Positions 1 to 10,878 of a stretch of 64,000 nucleotides of DNA are shown one piece after another (within the stretch, counting starts at the first letter, position 1; each line of letters begins with the position of its first letter). A program made the translations under genes and the position numbers. The notes below the pieces were generated by a model. That model ran no database searches and was not told the origin of the DNA. It saw only the letters and a list, made by a program, of their open reading frames with translations. Origin of the DNA: Bacteroidota bacterium (GTDB taxonomy: Bacteria; Bacteroidota; Bacteroidia; Bacteroidales; JAADGE01); assembly GCA_024277895.1 (NCBI GenBank), contig JAJRUH010000007.1, positions 2,265 to 66,264 of the forward strand. Direction: 5' to 3'.

Positions 1-12
1 AAAAAAAATGCC

Positions 13-1485
13 ATGTCGTTTCTGTCAGAAAAAATAAATTCGGAAGCATATACATTTGACGATGTTTTGCTTTTGCCGGCATATTCGGAAGTACTTCCGC
101 GCGAAACAAATATTCAATCAAAATTCAGCCGTAACATAGATTTGAAAATACCGATTGTTTCGGCAGCAATGGATACGGTTACTGAAGCATGGCTTGCTAT
201 TGCAATTGCACGCGAAGGAGGAATAGGTGTTATTCATAAAAATATGAGTATTGAAAGGCAGGCACAACAAGTAAAACAAGTGAAACGTGCCGAAAACGGA
301 ATGATAATAGACCCGATTACTATTTCCGGCGAAGATACGGTTGAAGATGCTTTAACTTTAATGAAAAAGTATAAAATAGGCGGTATTCCGGTTGTTGAAA
401 GCAGTCAAAAATTAACGGGAATAGTTACAAACAGAGATTTACGTTTTGAAAAACGCTTAAAACGTAAAATTAAAGATGTAATGACTTCCGAAAATTTAAT
501 TACGACATCTCAAACTACCGATTTAGAAAAAGCATCCGAAATTCTTCAAAAATACAAAATTGAAAAACTCCCCGTTGTTGACGAAAACTACAAACTTATA
601 GGACTTATTACATACAAAGACATAACAAAAGCAAAAGACAGACCCTTTTCCTGCAAAGACGATAAAGGCAGATTAAGAGTAGCGGCAGGCGTAGGCGTTA
701 CCGCCGATGTTTTTGACAGAATAGAAGCTCTTTACGCAGCAGGTACGGATGCCGTAGTTATAGACACTGCACACGGGCATTCAAAAGGAGTAATTGATAC
801 TTTAAAAGAAGCAAAAAAAAGATATAAATCAATAGACTTCATTGTAGGAAACATTGCTACGGCACAAGCAGCAAAAGATTTAGCCGAAGCAGGAGCCGAT
901 GCGGTAAAAATAGGAATAGGTCCCGGCTCAATTTGTACGACAAGAATAATCGCAGGTGTAGGTGTTCCGCAATTATCGGCAATATATAATGCAGCGGAAG
1001 CGATAAAGTCAAAAAATATTCCCGTTATTGCCGACGGAGGTATTCGCTATTCCGGAGATATTGTAAAAGCATTAGCTGCCGGAGCATCTTCGATAATGAT
1101 AGGTTCGCTGCTTGCCGGAGTTGATGAATCACCCGGCGACACAATAATTTATCAAGGTCGTAAGTTTAAGACCTATCGCGGAATGGGTTCGGTAGAAGCA
1201 ATGCAGGAAGGGTCAAAAGACCGTTATTTTCAGGACACTGAAGATGACGTAAAAAAACTTGTTCCCGAAGGCATTTCCGGTCGTGTTCCGTATAAAGGCA
1301 CATTACACGAAGTAATGAATCAGCTTACGGGCGGATTAAGAGCAGGTATGGGATATTGCGGAGCAAAAAATATAGATGAATTGCATAAAGCGGAATTTGT
1401 AAAAATAACATCTGCCGGCGTTACCGAAAATCATCCGCACGATATAACCATAACGAGAGAAGCACCAAATTACAGCAGAAGATAA
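13..1485 (+). CDS. guaB: IMP dehydrogenase
   Basis: 490-aa ORF with the catalytic loop [11 protein letters not shown], a GGIRYSGD motif and a CBS-pair insert (about residues 95-210). Confidence 0.95.
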   Translation: MSFLSEKINSEAYTFDDVLLLPAYSEVLPRETNIQSKFSRNIDLKIPIVSAAMDTVTEAWLAIAIAREGGIGVIHKNMSIERQAQQVKQVKRAENGMIIDPITISGEDTVEDALTLMKKYKIGGIPVVESSQKLTGIVTNRDLRFEKRLKRKIKDVMTSENLITTSQTTDLEKASEILQKYKIEKLPVVDENYKLIGLITYKDITKAKDRPFSCKDDKGRLRVAAGVGVTADVFDRIEALYAAGTDAVVIDTAHGHSKGVIDTLKEAKKRYKSIDFIVGNIATAQAAKDLAEAGADAVKIGIGPGSICTTRIIAGVGVPQLSAIYNAAEAIKSKNIPVIADGGIRYSGDIVKALAAGASSIMIGSLLAGVDESPGDTIIYQGRKFKTYRGMGSVEAMQEGSKDRYFQDTEDDVKKLVPEGISGRVPYKGTLHEVMNQLTGGLRAGMGYCGAKNIDELHKAEFVKITSAGVTENHPHDITITREAPNYSRR

Positions 1486-1515
1486 AAATTTACATATAAT
1501 TAAAACATATAAAAA

Positions 1516-3477
1516 ATGAGAATAATAAGTTTAACATCAGTTTTTGTTTTTTTATCATTAACTCTTTTTTCGCAAAAAAATGAGACATTACTAACCGTCG
1601 GGAATAAAAAAATTTCTGCAAACGAATTTTTATATATTTACAAAAAAAACAATTCGGATAATATCAATAAAGAATCGGTTGATGACTATTTAAACTTATT
1701 TACGAATTTTAAATTAAAAGTAACCGAAGCCGAGAATTTAAAGATGGATACTTCGGCAACTTTTAAAAAAGAACTTTCGGGTTATACGGACCAACTTGCC
1801 AAACCATATCTTACAGAAAATATAAAATGGAAAGAACTTACGGATGAAGCGTTAAAAAGGAATAAAAAGGAGCTTAAATTAGATATAATTTTTATTAAAC
1901 TTCCTCAAGATGCTACACCTGAAGACACACTTAAAGCATTTAAAAAAGCATTAAAAATTCGCGAACGTTTAATTAACGGTGAGAATTTTGACTCTGTTGC
2001 TGTTGCAACTTCCGATGACCGAGCCGTAAAGAAAAATAAAGGACATCTGTCATATCTGAAACCTCTGAGAATTCCGTATAATATTCAAAACTTTGCTTTT
2101 AATGCAAAAAAAGGAGATCTTTCTATGCCGATAAAAACTGATTTCGGTTATTATTTAATCAGACTCGCAGATATCAGACCGGCAAAAGGTTTTGTTAAAG
2201 TTGCTCACATTATGATAGCAGAAAATGGCCGACTTCCCGATTCTGTGAAAGCAGAAAAAAAGAATAAAATTGACAGTATTTATACTCGCTTACAAGCCGG
2301 AGATAAATTTGAAGATTTAGCAAAATTATCAGACGATAAAGCATCGGCAAAAAAAGGCGGAGAATTACCGGAATTTTCAACGGGAAGAATGGTTCCGGAA
2401 TTTGAAAAGGCAGCTTTTGCTTTACAAAAACCCGGAGATTACAGTAAACCGATAAAAACACGTTTCGGTTGGCATATTATTAAACTCATTTCAACACGAC
2501 CGCCAGATAATATTGAAAAACAACGAACTAAGATCAAGAAAACAGTTGAAAATGACGAAGAAAGAAAAGAAATTGTAAGAAAATTCGTAATAAAAAAACT
2601 AAAAAAAGATTATAATTTTAAACAACTAAAATCTCCGGATATTATTCTCGGACTTTTAGATTCAACTATTTACGAAGGAAAATGGAAAATGCCTGTTACA
2701 AAAAAACCTGATTTTACTTTATTTACTGTTAATAATAAAAATTATTCCGACAGAGATTTTGCACATTTTATTGAAAAAAATCAAAAACGAAATAAAAAAA
2801 CAGATTTCAAAACACTTCTTAATAAATATTATAATGACTTTGTTTACAAAATATTATCACAAACAGAAATAAGTAATTTAAAAACAACAAAACCTGAATT
2901 TGCTTATCTTTTAAAAGAATACCATGACGGAATGTTATTATTTGATTTAATGAAAGAGAAAATTTGGGACAAAGCATCGGAAGATACTCTCGGACTGAAA
3001 AAATATTATAATGATAATTACGATAAATTATACAGCAAACAAATAAAATACAATATTTCTGTTTTTAAATATCAAACTGCTAAAGATGCTAAAAAAGCAT
3101 TAAAACTGCTGAGAAAATCCCGAAATAAATATAATGACAGTCTGTTGGTAAAGAAAATAAGCAAAGGAGATACATTAAGATTTACAAAAGTTGATGGCGG
3201 AGAATATTCAAAAGGAGAAAATATTTATGCCGACAAAATATTCAGCAGTAAAAATACAAACACTCAAAAAATCTTTAATTTTCCCGAAGATAAATTAATC
3301 ATAGTCATTAACAGTGAAAAAATCTTTAAAGGCAAACCCTTTGACGAAATGCGAGGAGTAGTAATTTCAGATTATCAAAATTTTTTAGAAAAAAATTGGT
3401 TAAAAGAATTAAGAAAAAAATATCCTGTTACAATTAACCAATCAGTTCTTACAAAAATAAAATCATCACTAAAATAA
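1516..3477 (+). CDS. Periplasmic parvulin-type peptidyl-prolyl isomerase (PpiD/SurA-like)
   Basis: 653-aa ORF with an N-terminal signal peptide and two parvulin rotamase signatures (FGYYLIRL, FGWHIIKL). It lies in a guaB-PPIase-SurA gene cluster. Confidence 0.75.
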   Translation: MRIISLTSVFVFLSLTLFSQKNETLLTVGNKKISANEFLYIYKKNNSDNINKESVDDYLNLFTNFKLKVTEAENLKMDTSATFKKELSGYTDQLAKPYLTENIKWKELTDEALKRNKKELKLDIIFIKLPQDATPEDTLKAFKKALKIRERLINGENFDSVAVATSDDRAVKKNKGHLSYLKPLRIPYNIQNFAFNAKKGDLSMPIKTDFGYYLIRLADIRPAKGFVKVAHIMIAENGRLPDSVKAEKKNKIDSIYTRLQAGDKFEDLAKLSDDKASAKKGGELPEFSTGRMVPEFEKAAFALQKPGDYSKPIKTRFGWHIIKLISTRPPDNIEKQRTKIKKTVENDEERKEIVRKFVIKKLKKDYNFKQLKSPDIILGLLDSTIYEGKWKMPVTKKPDFTLFTVNNKNYSDRDFAHFIEKNQKRNKKTDFKTLLNKYYNDFVYKILSQTEISNLKTTKPEFAYLLKEYHDGMLLFDLMKEKIWDKASEDTLGLKKYYNDNYDKLYSKQIKYNISVFKYQTAKDAKKALKLLRKSRNKYNDSLLVKKISKGDTLRFTKVDGGEYSKGENIYADKIFSSKNTNTQKIFNFPEDKLIIVINSEKIFKGKPFDEMRGVVISDYQNFLEKNWLKELRKKYPVTINQSVLTKIKSSLK

Positions 3478-3497
3478 CAGTTAACATTGTAACTATT

Positions 3498-4343
3498 ATG
3501 CAAAAATTCCGTTATATATTTTTACTGATAATCTTTTTTTCTGTGTTTTCCTGTAAAGAAGAAACAAAAAAAACGGAATTGGCATCAGTTTTCGGAAAGA
3601 AACTATATTTAGAAGATATTCAGGACATAATACCCAAAGGAAGCAATAAAGAAGACAGTTTAATGATTCTTCGGAGCAAAGTTGATTTATGGACAAGAAA
3701 ACAAACATTGTTAAATCGTGCTGAAATTAACCTTTCCGCAGAACAAAAAGATATAAATTATATAGTGGAAGAATACAGAGAATCGTTGCTGATTGAAAAA
3801 TATAAACAAGAATATATTAAACAATATCTGGATACCGGTATTACACTCGCTCAAATCGAATCATATTACAATGAATATCCTGAAAGTTTTATTTTAAATA
3901 ATGATATAGTCAAAGCATATTATTTCAAATTCGACAGCAATGAAAATGTAAATCTATTCAGACAATATTTTTTATCTGATAACAAAGATGCAATTATAAA
4001 AATGATTAATTTTGCTGATAATAAAGCTGCCGATTATATTGACTTTTCACAAAATTGGATTGATTTATCAATTATCTCAGACATTCTGCCGATTTCTTTA
4101 AATAATGCAGAATCAGTTGTAAATCAAAGTAAAAGAATTCAAACCAGAGATAAAAATTATATTTATTTTGTTTACTTTACCGATTATAAACTGAAAGGTC
4201 AAAAAATGCCTTTTGACTTTGCCGAAGAGCAAATTAAAACAATTTTATTAAACAAACGTAAAACAAATTTAATTAATCAATTAGAAGTTAAAATTTATAA
4301 AAATGCCGTAAAAAACGGCAGAATTAAAGTTTATATTAAATGA
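3498..4343 (+). CDS. Hypothetical lipoprotein in the chaperone cluster
   Basis: 281-aa ORF with a lipoprotein-type signal ending FSVFSC. Its stop overlaps the next gene's start as ATGA. I recognise no catalytic motif. Confidence 0.55.
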   Translation: MQKFRYIFLLIIFFSVFSCKEETKKTELASVFGKKLYLEDIQDIIPKGSNKEDSLMILRSKVDLWTRKQTLLNRAEINLSAEQKDINYIVEEYRESLLIEKYKQEYIKQYLDTGITLAQIESYYNEYPESFILNNDIVKAYYFKFDSNENVNLFRQYFLSDNKDAIIKMINFADNKAADYIDFSQNWIDLSIISDILPISLNNAESVVNQSKRIQTRDKNYIYFVYFTDYKLKGQKMPFDFAEEQIKTILLNKRKTNLINQLEVKIYKNAVKNGRIKVYIK

Positions 4344-5698
4344 AAATGATACTGAAAAAAATAATACTGCTGTCACTTTCGGTTTTATTAATCGGATTAA
4401 CAGGATATGCACAAGAAAAAATGATTGACGAAATTGTAGGAGTTGTCGGACAAAAAATAATTCTTAAATCCGATGTTGAATCAATGGCTTTACAATACAA
4501 ATCAAGAGGCGAAAATCACGGAGACAATTTAAAATGTTTTGCTTTTGAAGAACTTCTCTACCAAGCTCTGTTAGTAAACCAAGCAAAAACAGACAGCATA
4601 GAAGTATCTGACATACAAGTTGAAGGAGAACTTACAAGACGAATGAACAAGTTTGAAGAACAAATGGGCGGAAGAGAAGCAATGGAAAAATATTTCAACA
4701 AACCTTATTCCGAAATAGAAAATCATTTCCGAAGCATCATTAAAGATCAATTAACAGCACAGCAAATGGAAAATACAATTACCGGAGATATTTCTGTAAC
4801 ACCTCAGGAAGTAAAAAAATATTTCAAAACTATTCCTAAAGACAGCTTACCCTTAATTGATACAAAAATTGAACTGGCTCAAATTGTCATATATCCGAAA
4901 ATCAAAGACAAACAAATAAAACAAATAAAAAAATCACTTCAAGAATATAAAGACCGTGTTCAAAAAGGTGAAGACTTCGGTTTTTTAGCCGGCATGTATT
5001 CTGACGATATCGCTTCAGCTCAAAAAGACGGAGATCTCGGATGGGTAAGAAGAGGCGATTTAGTACCGGAATTTGCTGCTGCTGCATTTGCAATGACAAA
5101 ACCAAACGAAGTTTCCGATATTATAAAAACAGAATACGGTTATCATATAATTCAATTTCTCGGAAGCAAAGGCGAACGAATTCACATAAAACATATTTTA
5201 AAAATTCCGAAACCTCTCACATCCGAAAAAATAAAAGCTAAAGCCAAATTAGACAGCATTGCGGCAAACATCAGAAGCGGAAAAATAAGCTTTGAACAAG
5301 CTGCAATATTATATTCTGACGATAAAGAATCAAGCAACAGCGGAGGAATTGTTGTAAATCCTTATACAGGAACATCTGAATTCTCAAGCAGTCAGTTAGA
5401 CCCCGCCACCAATTATATTCTGAAACAAATGAAAACCGGTGAAATTTCCTAACCTTATGAAAGTACAAGCATGAAAGGAAAACCGGAAATTAAAATTATT
5501 AAACTTTTAAATAAAACAAAACCGCATATTGCCGACATAAATACTGACTATCAACAAATAAGTGATTTGGCAAAAGCACATAAAAAAACAAAATTAATCA
5601 GTGACTGGATTAGAAAAACCCAAAAAACAACTTACATTAAAATTGATGACTCATTTTATAATTGTAATTTTAAATATAAAGGTTGGTTATCGAAATAA
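4340..5698 (+). pseudogene. SurA-like chaperone / peptidyl-prolyl isomerase interrupted by one in-frame TAA
   Basis: ORFs 4340-5452 and 5471-5698 share a frame and are separated only by TAA at 5450-5452. Reading through gives GEIS*PYESTSMKGKPEIKIIKL..., a contiguous second parvulin-like domain and C-terminus (NCNFKYKGW). The first parvulin motif YGYHIIQF is intact. Confidence 0.7.
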
Positions 5699-5720
5699 CC
5701 CGGTTCGTTAAATTTATTTT

Positions 5721-6686
5721 ATGAATACCTACAAAGATGATGTTGAAGCAACAGATGCTTTAAAAAATATATATGAAAAATTTTCTTCTGAAATTAAAAA
5801 AGTAATTTTCGGACAGGACGATATAATAAAAGAAGTTTTATTATCAATTTTCAGTGACGGACACTGCCTTTTAGTCGGAGTACCCGGACTTGCCAAAACG
5901 CTATTAGTTAATACCTTAGCTCAAGTTTTAGTGTTAAAATATAAACGCATACAATTTACTCCCGATTTAATGCCTTCCGATATAATCGGGACAGAAATTT
6001 TAGATGAAACACGAAAATTTAAATTTATTAAAGGTCCTTTATTTGCTAATATTATTTTAGCTGATGAAATTAACAGAACTCCGCCTAAAACACAAGCTGC
6101 TTTACTGGAAGCTATGCAGGAAAAAGCTGTTACAACAGGCGGTACAAAATACGAACTTGAAAAACCGTTCTTTGTTTTGGCAACTCAAAATCCCATTGAA
6201 CAAGAAGGAACCTACCCTCTTCCGGAAGCCCAGCTCGACAGGTTTATGTTCAATATTTGGTTAGATTATCCGAAATTTGAAGATGAAATTACAATTGTAG
6301 AAAAAACAACTTCAAACATTGCGGTTCATTTAAAAGCAATATTATCAGCAGAAGAAATCATTTACTTTCAAAATTTAATACGTCGAATTCCTATTAATGA
6401 AAATGTTTTAAAATATGCAGTAAATTTATCTGCAATAACAAGACCCGGAACACAAAAAGCACACGATTGGGCAAACGACTATTTAGAATGGGGTGCCGGT
6501 CCCAGAGCATCACAATATTTGGTAATAGGAGCAAAAGCCCATGCAGCAATTAAAGGAAAATATTCTCCCGATATTGAAGATGTAAAAGCTGTTGCCCGCT
6601 CCGTTTTAAGACATCGTATTGTGAAAAATTATAAAGCCGAAGCCGAAGGAATTACCACAGATGCAATTATTGATAAACTTTTATAA
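5721..6686 (+). CDS. MoxR-family AAA+ ATPase
   Basis: 321 aa with Walker A GVPGLAKT, Walker B ILADEINR and the usual MoxR C-terminal region. Confidence 0.9.
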   Translation: MNTYKDDVEATDALKNIYEKFSSEIKKVIFGQDDIIKEVLLSIFSDGHCLLVGVPGLAKTLLVNTLAQVLVLKYKRIQFTPDLMPSDIIGTEILDETRKFKFIKGPLFANIILADEINRTPPKTQAALLEAMQEKAVTTGGTKYELEKPFFVLATQNPIEQEGTYPLPEAQLDRFMFNIWLDYPKFEDEITIVEKTTSNIAVHLKAILSAEEIIYFQNLIRRIPINENVLKYAVNLSAITRPGTQKAHDWANDYLEWGAGPRASQYLVIGAKAHAAIKGKYSPDIEDVKAVARSVLRHRIVKNYKAEAEGITTDAIIDKLL

Positions 6687-6713
6687 AAGAATTCATCCGT
6701 TTTAAAAATTTTA

Positions 6714-8192
6714 ATGAAATATTTTTCAGGTATATTATTTCTTTTTTTTTCACTTATCGGTTTTTCTCAAACAAAAATAGATTTTGACTCAAAATATCTT
6801 TTTACAACCGAAAAATTAGGTCCTGAAATTAAAATTCTTACCGACAGTGTCGTTTTTAAACATGGCAACTCAATTATGTTCTGCGACAGTGCCTTATTTG
6901 ATTATAAAACAAACTATTTCGATGCATTCGGAAATGTTCGAATTATTAAACCGAGTAAAGATTTCAAAGATACCGTTTTTCTGTACGGCGACACACTGCA
7001 TTATTCCGGAAGAGACAAATATGCAAAAATCAGAAATCATGTAATTTTAAAAAAAGACAGTCTCTTATTAAAAACTGACAGCTTAGATTATGATTTAGGA
7101 AATAACATCGGATACTATTTTAATAACGGAATTACCGTAAACGGTGAAGATACTTTAAAAAGTGTTTTCGGATATTATTATGCAGACGATAATGAATTTT
7201 TCTTTAAAAAAAATGTAAAAGTTATAAATCCCAGATTTAAAATACTTTCCGATACTTTAATGCACAATACAGAAACAAAAATTACCTATTTTATCGGTCC
7301 TACGGATATAATAAGCGACTCAAATTTTATCTATTGCGAAAATGGCTGGTACGACCATAATAATAATATTTCTCAGTTTAATAAGAATGCCTATTTAAAA
7401 AATAAAGAACAAAAATTACAAGGAGACAGTTTGTATTACAACAGAAATACAGGAATAGGCAAAGCTTTTAAAAATGTAACTTTCACAGACAGCATTCAAA
7501 AAGTTCTGTTAAAAGGAAATTACGGTTTCTATAATGAAAAAACAGGATATGCACTAATGACAGACAGTGCACAATTTATACAAGTTGCAGAAAATAATGA
7601 TTCATTATTTATGCACGCCGATACTCTCCAATCCTATAAAGATTCCGTTACTGTAAATGATACGGCACAAGTTTACAGAATAATTTTAGCTTTTCATCAT
7701 GTTAAAACATATAAAACCGATTTTCAGTCAAAATGCGATTCACTGGTTTACAATTTAAGAGATTCCGTAATCGAAATGCACCATAATCCTGTAATGTGGT
7801 CCGACTCCAATCAACTTTCTGCCGATTACATTGAAATTCAAACTTACAAAAATGAAGTTGACGAAATTGATATGATTAACAATGCCTTTATTATTTCACA
7901 ATCTGATTCTATTCGATTTAATCAAATTTTCGGAGATAACATGTTTGCCTATATTGATAACAAAAAAATTTCGGAAGTGGACGTTATAGGTAACGGAAAA
8001 TCCGTTTATTTTATAAGAGATGATAACGATAAACTCATAGGTGTAAATTTTATTGAATGTGACAGCATGGATATTTACCTGAAAAATAATAAATTGGATA
8101 AAATATGGTTTTACACAAAACCTAAAGGTAAAATTAATCCGCCGCTGACATTAAGCAAGTCAGAAACTTTATTAAACGGTTTTAAATGGTAA
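6714..8192 (+). CDS. OstA-like / LptD N-terminal-domain-like secreted protein
   Basis: 492 aa with a signal peptide and a repetitive beta-rich sequence. The family call is from memory of Bacteroidetes OstA-like proteins. The frame stays open for 44 more codons after the TAA (see findings). Confidence 0.6.
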   Translation: MKYFSGILFLFFSLIGFSQTKIDFDSKYLFTTEKLGPEIKILTDSVVFKHGNSIMFCDSALFDYKTNYFDAFGNVRIIKPSKDFKDTVFLYGDTLHYSGRDKYAKIRNHVILKKDSLLLKTDSLDYDLGNNIGYYFNNGITVNGEDTLKSVFGYYYADDNEFFFKKNVKVINPRFKILSDTLMHNTETKITYFIGPTDIISDSNFIYCENGWYDHNNNISQFNKNAYLKNKEQKLQGDSLYYNRNTGIGKAFKNVTFTDSIQKVLLKGNYGFYNEKTGYALMTDSAQFIQVAENNDSLFMHADTLQSYKDSVTVNDTAQVYRIILAFHHVKTYKTDFQSKCDSLVYNLRDSVIEMHHNPVMWSDSNQLSADYIEIQTYKNEVDEIDMINNAFIISQSDSIRFNQIFGDNMFAYIDNKKISEVDVIGNGKSVYFIRDDNDKLIGVNFIECDSMDIYLKNNKLDKIWFYTKPKGKINPPLTLSKSETLLNGFKW

Positions 8193-8326
8193 GAATATCA
8201 GAGACCGTATAAAAAAGAAGATATTTTTATTTGGAAAAATAATATTATAAAAAATAATCCTGCTTCCGATTCACAAACTGAAACTTCTGAAAATAATGAA
8301 CTTGAAAATATTGGTGATAAAAAATA

Positions 8327-8350
8327 AGAGCAGTTTAAAAACCGCTCTTT
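8327..8350. terminator. Weak bidirectional hairpin between the OstA-like and DUF2795 genes
   Basis: AGAGC(AG)...(CC)GCTCT stem. It starts at the stop codon of the 44-codon in-frame extension (8325-8327), not at the annotated stop 8190-8192. Confidence 0.35.
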
Positions 8351-8362
8351 ATTACTTTTCTT

Positions 8363-8584
8363 TTAGTACTCATCTTCATTAAAAAAGAAATCATCTTTGC
8401 TGGGATAATCAGGCCAGATATCTTCAATACTGTCGTATGATTCTCCTTCGTCTTCAATTTCCTGCAGGTTTTCAATAACCTCCAAAGGTGCTCCCGAGCG
8501 AATAGCATAATCAATAAGATCTTCTTTAGTTGCCGGCCATGGTGCATCTTCTAATTTGGATGCTAATTCTAATGTCCAATACAT
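8363..8584 (-). CDS. DUF2795-family small protein
   Basis: 73 aa. The pattern APWPATKEDLIDYA...GAP..VIENL is typical of DUF2795. The gene has its own -7 box upstream. Confidence 0.7.
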   Translation of the reverse strand: MYWTLELASKLEDAPWPATKEDLIDYAIRSGAPLEVIENLQEIEDEGESYDSIEDIWPDYPSKDDFFFNEDEY

Positions 8585-8627
8585 ATTATTATTAGTTTAA
8601 GTTAATGTATCTGTTTTTTTGGGTCTG

Positions 8628-8635
8628 CAAATATA
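8628..8635 (-). promoter_or_regulatory. Bacteroidetes-type -7 promoter box (TATATTTG) for the DUF2795 gene
   Basis: Plus-strand CAAATATA lies about 44 nt upstream of the ATG at 8584. It matches the TAnnTTTG consensus known for Bacteroides sigma-A promoters. Confidence 0.45.
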
Positions 8636-8689
8636 TAAAAAAAAACAACCCGAAAAATTTTTTTTAAAAAACTTATAATTACCTGATTA

Positions 8690-9229
8690 TTACGGCTTCC
8701 AAACACTTTCACTCAACTTTTTCTCAAAAATATTTTTTCTTGAAAGTACAAAAAAGTAATCCGACAGTCGATTTAAAAATTTAATCGACAAAATATCAAC
8801 AATTTCTTTCTCACTTAATTCAACAACCAAACGTTCTGCTCTGCGACAAACACTCCTGCACACATGACATTGTGCCGAAACAATATCTCCGCCGGGCAAA
8901 ACAAACTCTTTTAAAGGCGGAATATCCTTATTCATTTTATCAATCTCTTTTTCAATCAACAAAATATCTCCTTCCGTAATTTCCGGAATATTAAAAGAAA
9001 CATCATTTCTTACCGCCAAAACTGACCCCAAATTAAACAACTTGTTTTGTATTACTGCCAAAAATGCTTTATGTTCCTTCTTCAAATCAAATGCAATTAA
9101 CAATCCTATAAATGAATTTAATTCATCAACAGTTCCGTAGGCATTGATGCGAATATCAAATTTTTCAACTCTTTCGCCGCTCAAAAGTGAAGTTTTTCCG
9201 GTATCACCGGTTTTTGTATAAATTTTCAT
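8690..9229 (-). CDS. PduO-type ATP:cob(I)alamin adenosyltransferase
   Basis: 179 aa with the N-terminal YTKTGDTGKTSL motif characteristic of the PduO/MMAB family. Confidence 0.85.
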   Translation of the reverse strand: MKIYTKTGDTGKTSLLSGERVEKFDIRINAYGTVDELNSFIGLLIAFDLKKEHKAFLAVIQNKLFNLGSVLAVRNDVSFNIPEITEGDILLIEKEIDKMNKDIPPLKEFVLPGGDIVSAQCHVCRSVCRRAERLVVELSEKEIVDILSIKFLNRLSDYFFVLSRKNIFEKKLSESVWKP

Positions 9230-9340
9230 TATTAATGTTTTTTCACAATATAATTAAATATTGAATTTTAAACATATAAAAACCCGGATTTATTATATGT
9301 TTTCTCTAAATATTATACTTTTGCACAAAATAAAACAAAA

Positions 9341-10654
9341 ATGAATAAAAAGATTGCCCTTATTATTATTGCCCTTATCGGAATAAGCAGTGCCGTATAT
9401 TTTACATATAACAAATATGCCGAAACAAATACAAACTCTCTGAAAAAAGAAATTGTAAAGAAAATACCCGAAATACACAAGTTATACGGTATTAATACTA
9501 AAAACTATAAAGTTGAAACAGGATATATTCAACCGAACGAATATTTAAGTACCATTTTTCAAAAATATCATATAAGTTCAAAACTTCACACAATATTAGA
9601 AAAAGCAAAAGATATTTTCGATGTAAGAAAAATAAAAAGCGGACAAAAATACGCTGTTTTTTTCCCGAATAAAGACACTTCTAAAACGCCGGATTATTTT
9701 ATTTATGAAAAAGACAAGACCGATTATCTTGTTTTCAATCTGAAAGACAGTATGAATGTCTGTGAAAGAACGAAAAATGTTGATGTAAAAATTAAAGAAG
9801 CTGCCGGCGTTATTACTTCAAATTTATGGTTTGCTATGGAAGATGCCGGTGTAAATCCGATTTTAGCTAATGACTTATCCGAAATTTTTGCTTGGACAGT
9901 TGATTTTTTCGGGTTACAGCGAAATGACAAATTTAAAATGATTTATGAAGAAAAATTTGTTAACGATACTTCAATAGGTTACGGAAAAATTCTGGCGGCA
10001 TATTTTGAACACTACGGCGATACAATTTATGCAATTCCTTTTAAACAAGACAGCATTGAAAGTTTTTACGACCTTGACGGCAACAGTCTAAGAAAAGCAT
10101 TTCTGAAAGCTCCTTTAAAATTTTCACGAATAAGCAGCGGTTTTTCTTATGCACGCAAACATCCGATTTTAAAAATTGTAAGACCTCATCTCGGGGTAGA
10201 TTATGCTGCTCCTTCCGGAACACCCGTTCATGCTCTCGGCGACGGTGTTGTGTTGAAAGCATATTACACACACGGCGGCGGAAATTTTATTAAAATAAAG
10301 CATAACAGCGTGTATTCAACAGGATATATGCACCTTAGAGGTTTCGCAAAAGGCATTCATGCAGGAGTTCGCGTGCAACAAGGTCAAGTAATAGGATATG
10401 TAGGTATGACCGGTTTGGCTACGGGTCCGCATTTAGATTTCAGAGTTTGGAAAAACGGCAAAAATATAAATCCGCTGCATGTTGATGCACCGCCTGTTGA
10501 ACCGATTAAACCGGAATTTAAAGAAGGTTTTAATAAAACAAAAAAAGTGTATAAAGATTGGTTAGATAAAATTAAATTTAAAATCGTTAAACCGGATACA
10601 ACAATTCAAGATACATTTTTAATCGGGAAAAATCCGCCGCATAATGACGAGTAA
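9341..10654 (+). CDS. M23-family metallopeptidase
   Basis: 437 aa with an N-terminal membrane anchor and the M23 motifs HLGVDYAAP and GPHLDFRV. Confidence 0.85.
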   Translation: MNKKIALIIIALIGISSAVYFTYNKYAETNTNSLKKEIVKKIPEIHKLYGINTKNYKVETGYIQPNEYLSTIFQKYHISSKLHTILEKAKDIFDVRKIKSGQKYAVFFPNKDTSKTPDYFIYEKDKTDYLVFNLKDSMNVCERTKNVDVKIKEAAGVITSNLWFAMEDAGVNPILANDLSEIFAWTVDFFGLQRNDKFKMIYEEKFVNDTSIGYGKILAAYFEHYGDTIYAIPFKQDSIESFYDLDGNSLRKAFLKAPLKFSRISSGFSYARKHPILKIVRPHLGVDYAAPSGTPVHALGDGVVLKAYYTHGGGNFIKIKHNSVYSTGYMHLRGFAKGIHAGVRVQQGQVIGYVGMTGLATGPHLDFRVWKNGKNINPLHVDAPPVEPIKPEFKEGFNKTKKVYKDWLDKIKFKIVKPDTTIQDTFLIGKNPPHNDE

Positions 10655-10713
10655 TGATTAAATATTTCAGGTGCTGCCGCAAACTTATGAGACAGCTTGA
10701 CATTATTGTTGTT

Positions 10714-10812
10714 GATAGTCATCGTATCACTATTTCAATTTAAGTAAAACAGGTTTAAGCCTAACAGGCTGTTTGCTAACACATTGATACGATGACTTAC
10801 GGATTTAAGGTA
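10714..10812 (+). repeat. 99-nt hairpin module X, copy 1 (candidate structured RNA or DNA element)
   Basis: It matches 45111-45209 at 93 of 99 positions by my count. A 12-bp perfect stem joins 10718-10729 with 10785-10796. Confidence 0.75.
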
Positions 10813-10878
10813 TTTATATACGACTTCAAACGAGAAACTTGAAATCTAATGCACCTGTGAGCTTTTCAGCAAACCCTA
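10810..10878 (-). repeat. Partial copy (5' 69 nt) of the TIR repeat family, copy C
   Basis: The reverse complement matches nt 1-69 of copy B with 2 mismatches by my count (TAGGGTTTGCTGAAAAGCTCACAGGTGCATTAGATTTCAAG...GTATATAAATAC). Confidence 0.8.

Noticed and set aside
5721-6686. MoxR as the start of a Bat/aerotolerance-type (MoxR-DUF58-VWA) operon
   Set aside because: The downstream gene is an OstA-like protein. No DUF58 or von Willebrand A genes follow.
8335-8547. 70-aa ORF overlapping the DUF2795 gene in another frame
   Set aside because: The overlapping 73-aa frame carries the recognisable DUF2795 pattern and a promoter box. The alternative frame is basic low-complexity sequence.
10714-10812. 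Module X as a tRNA, tmRNA, SRP RNA or known riboswitch
   Set aside because: It has no cloverleaf, no SRP domain IV motif and no riboswitch core that I recognise. It sits in a 3' rather than a 5' position. I cannot exclude a known Rfam family without cmsearch.
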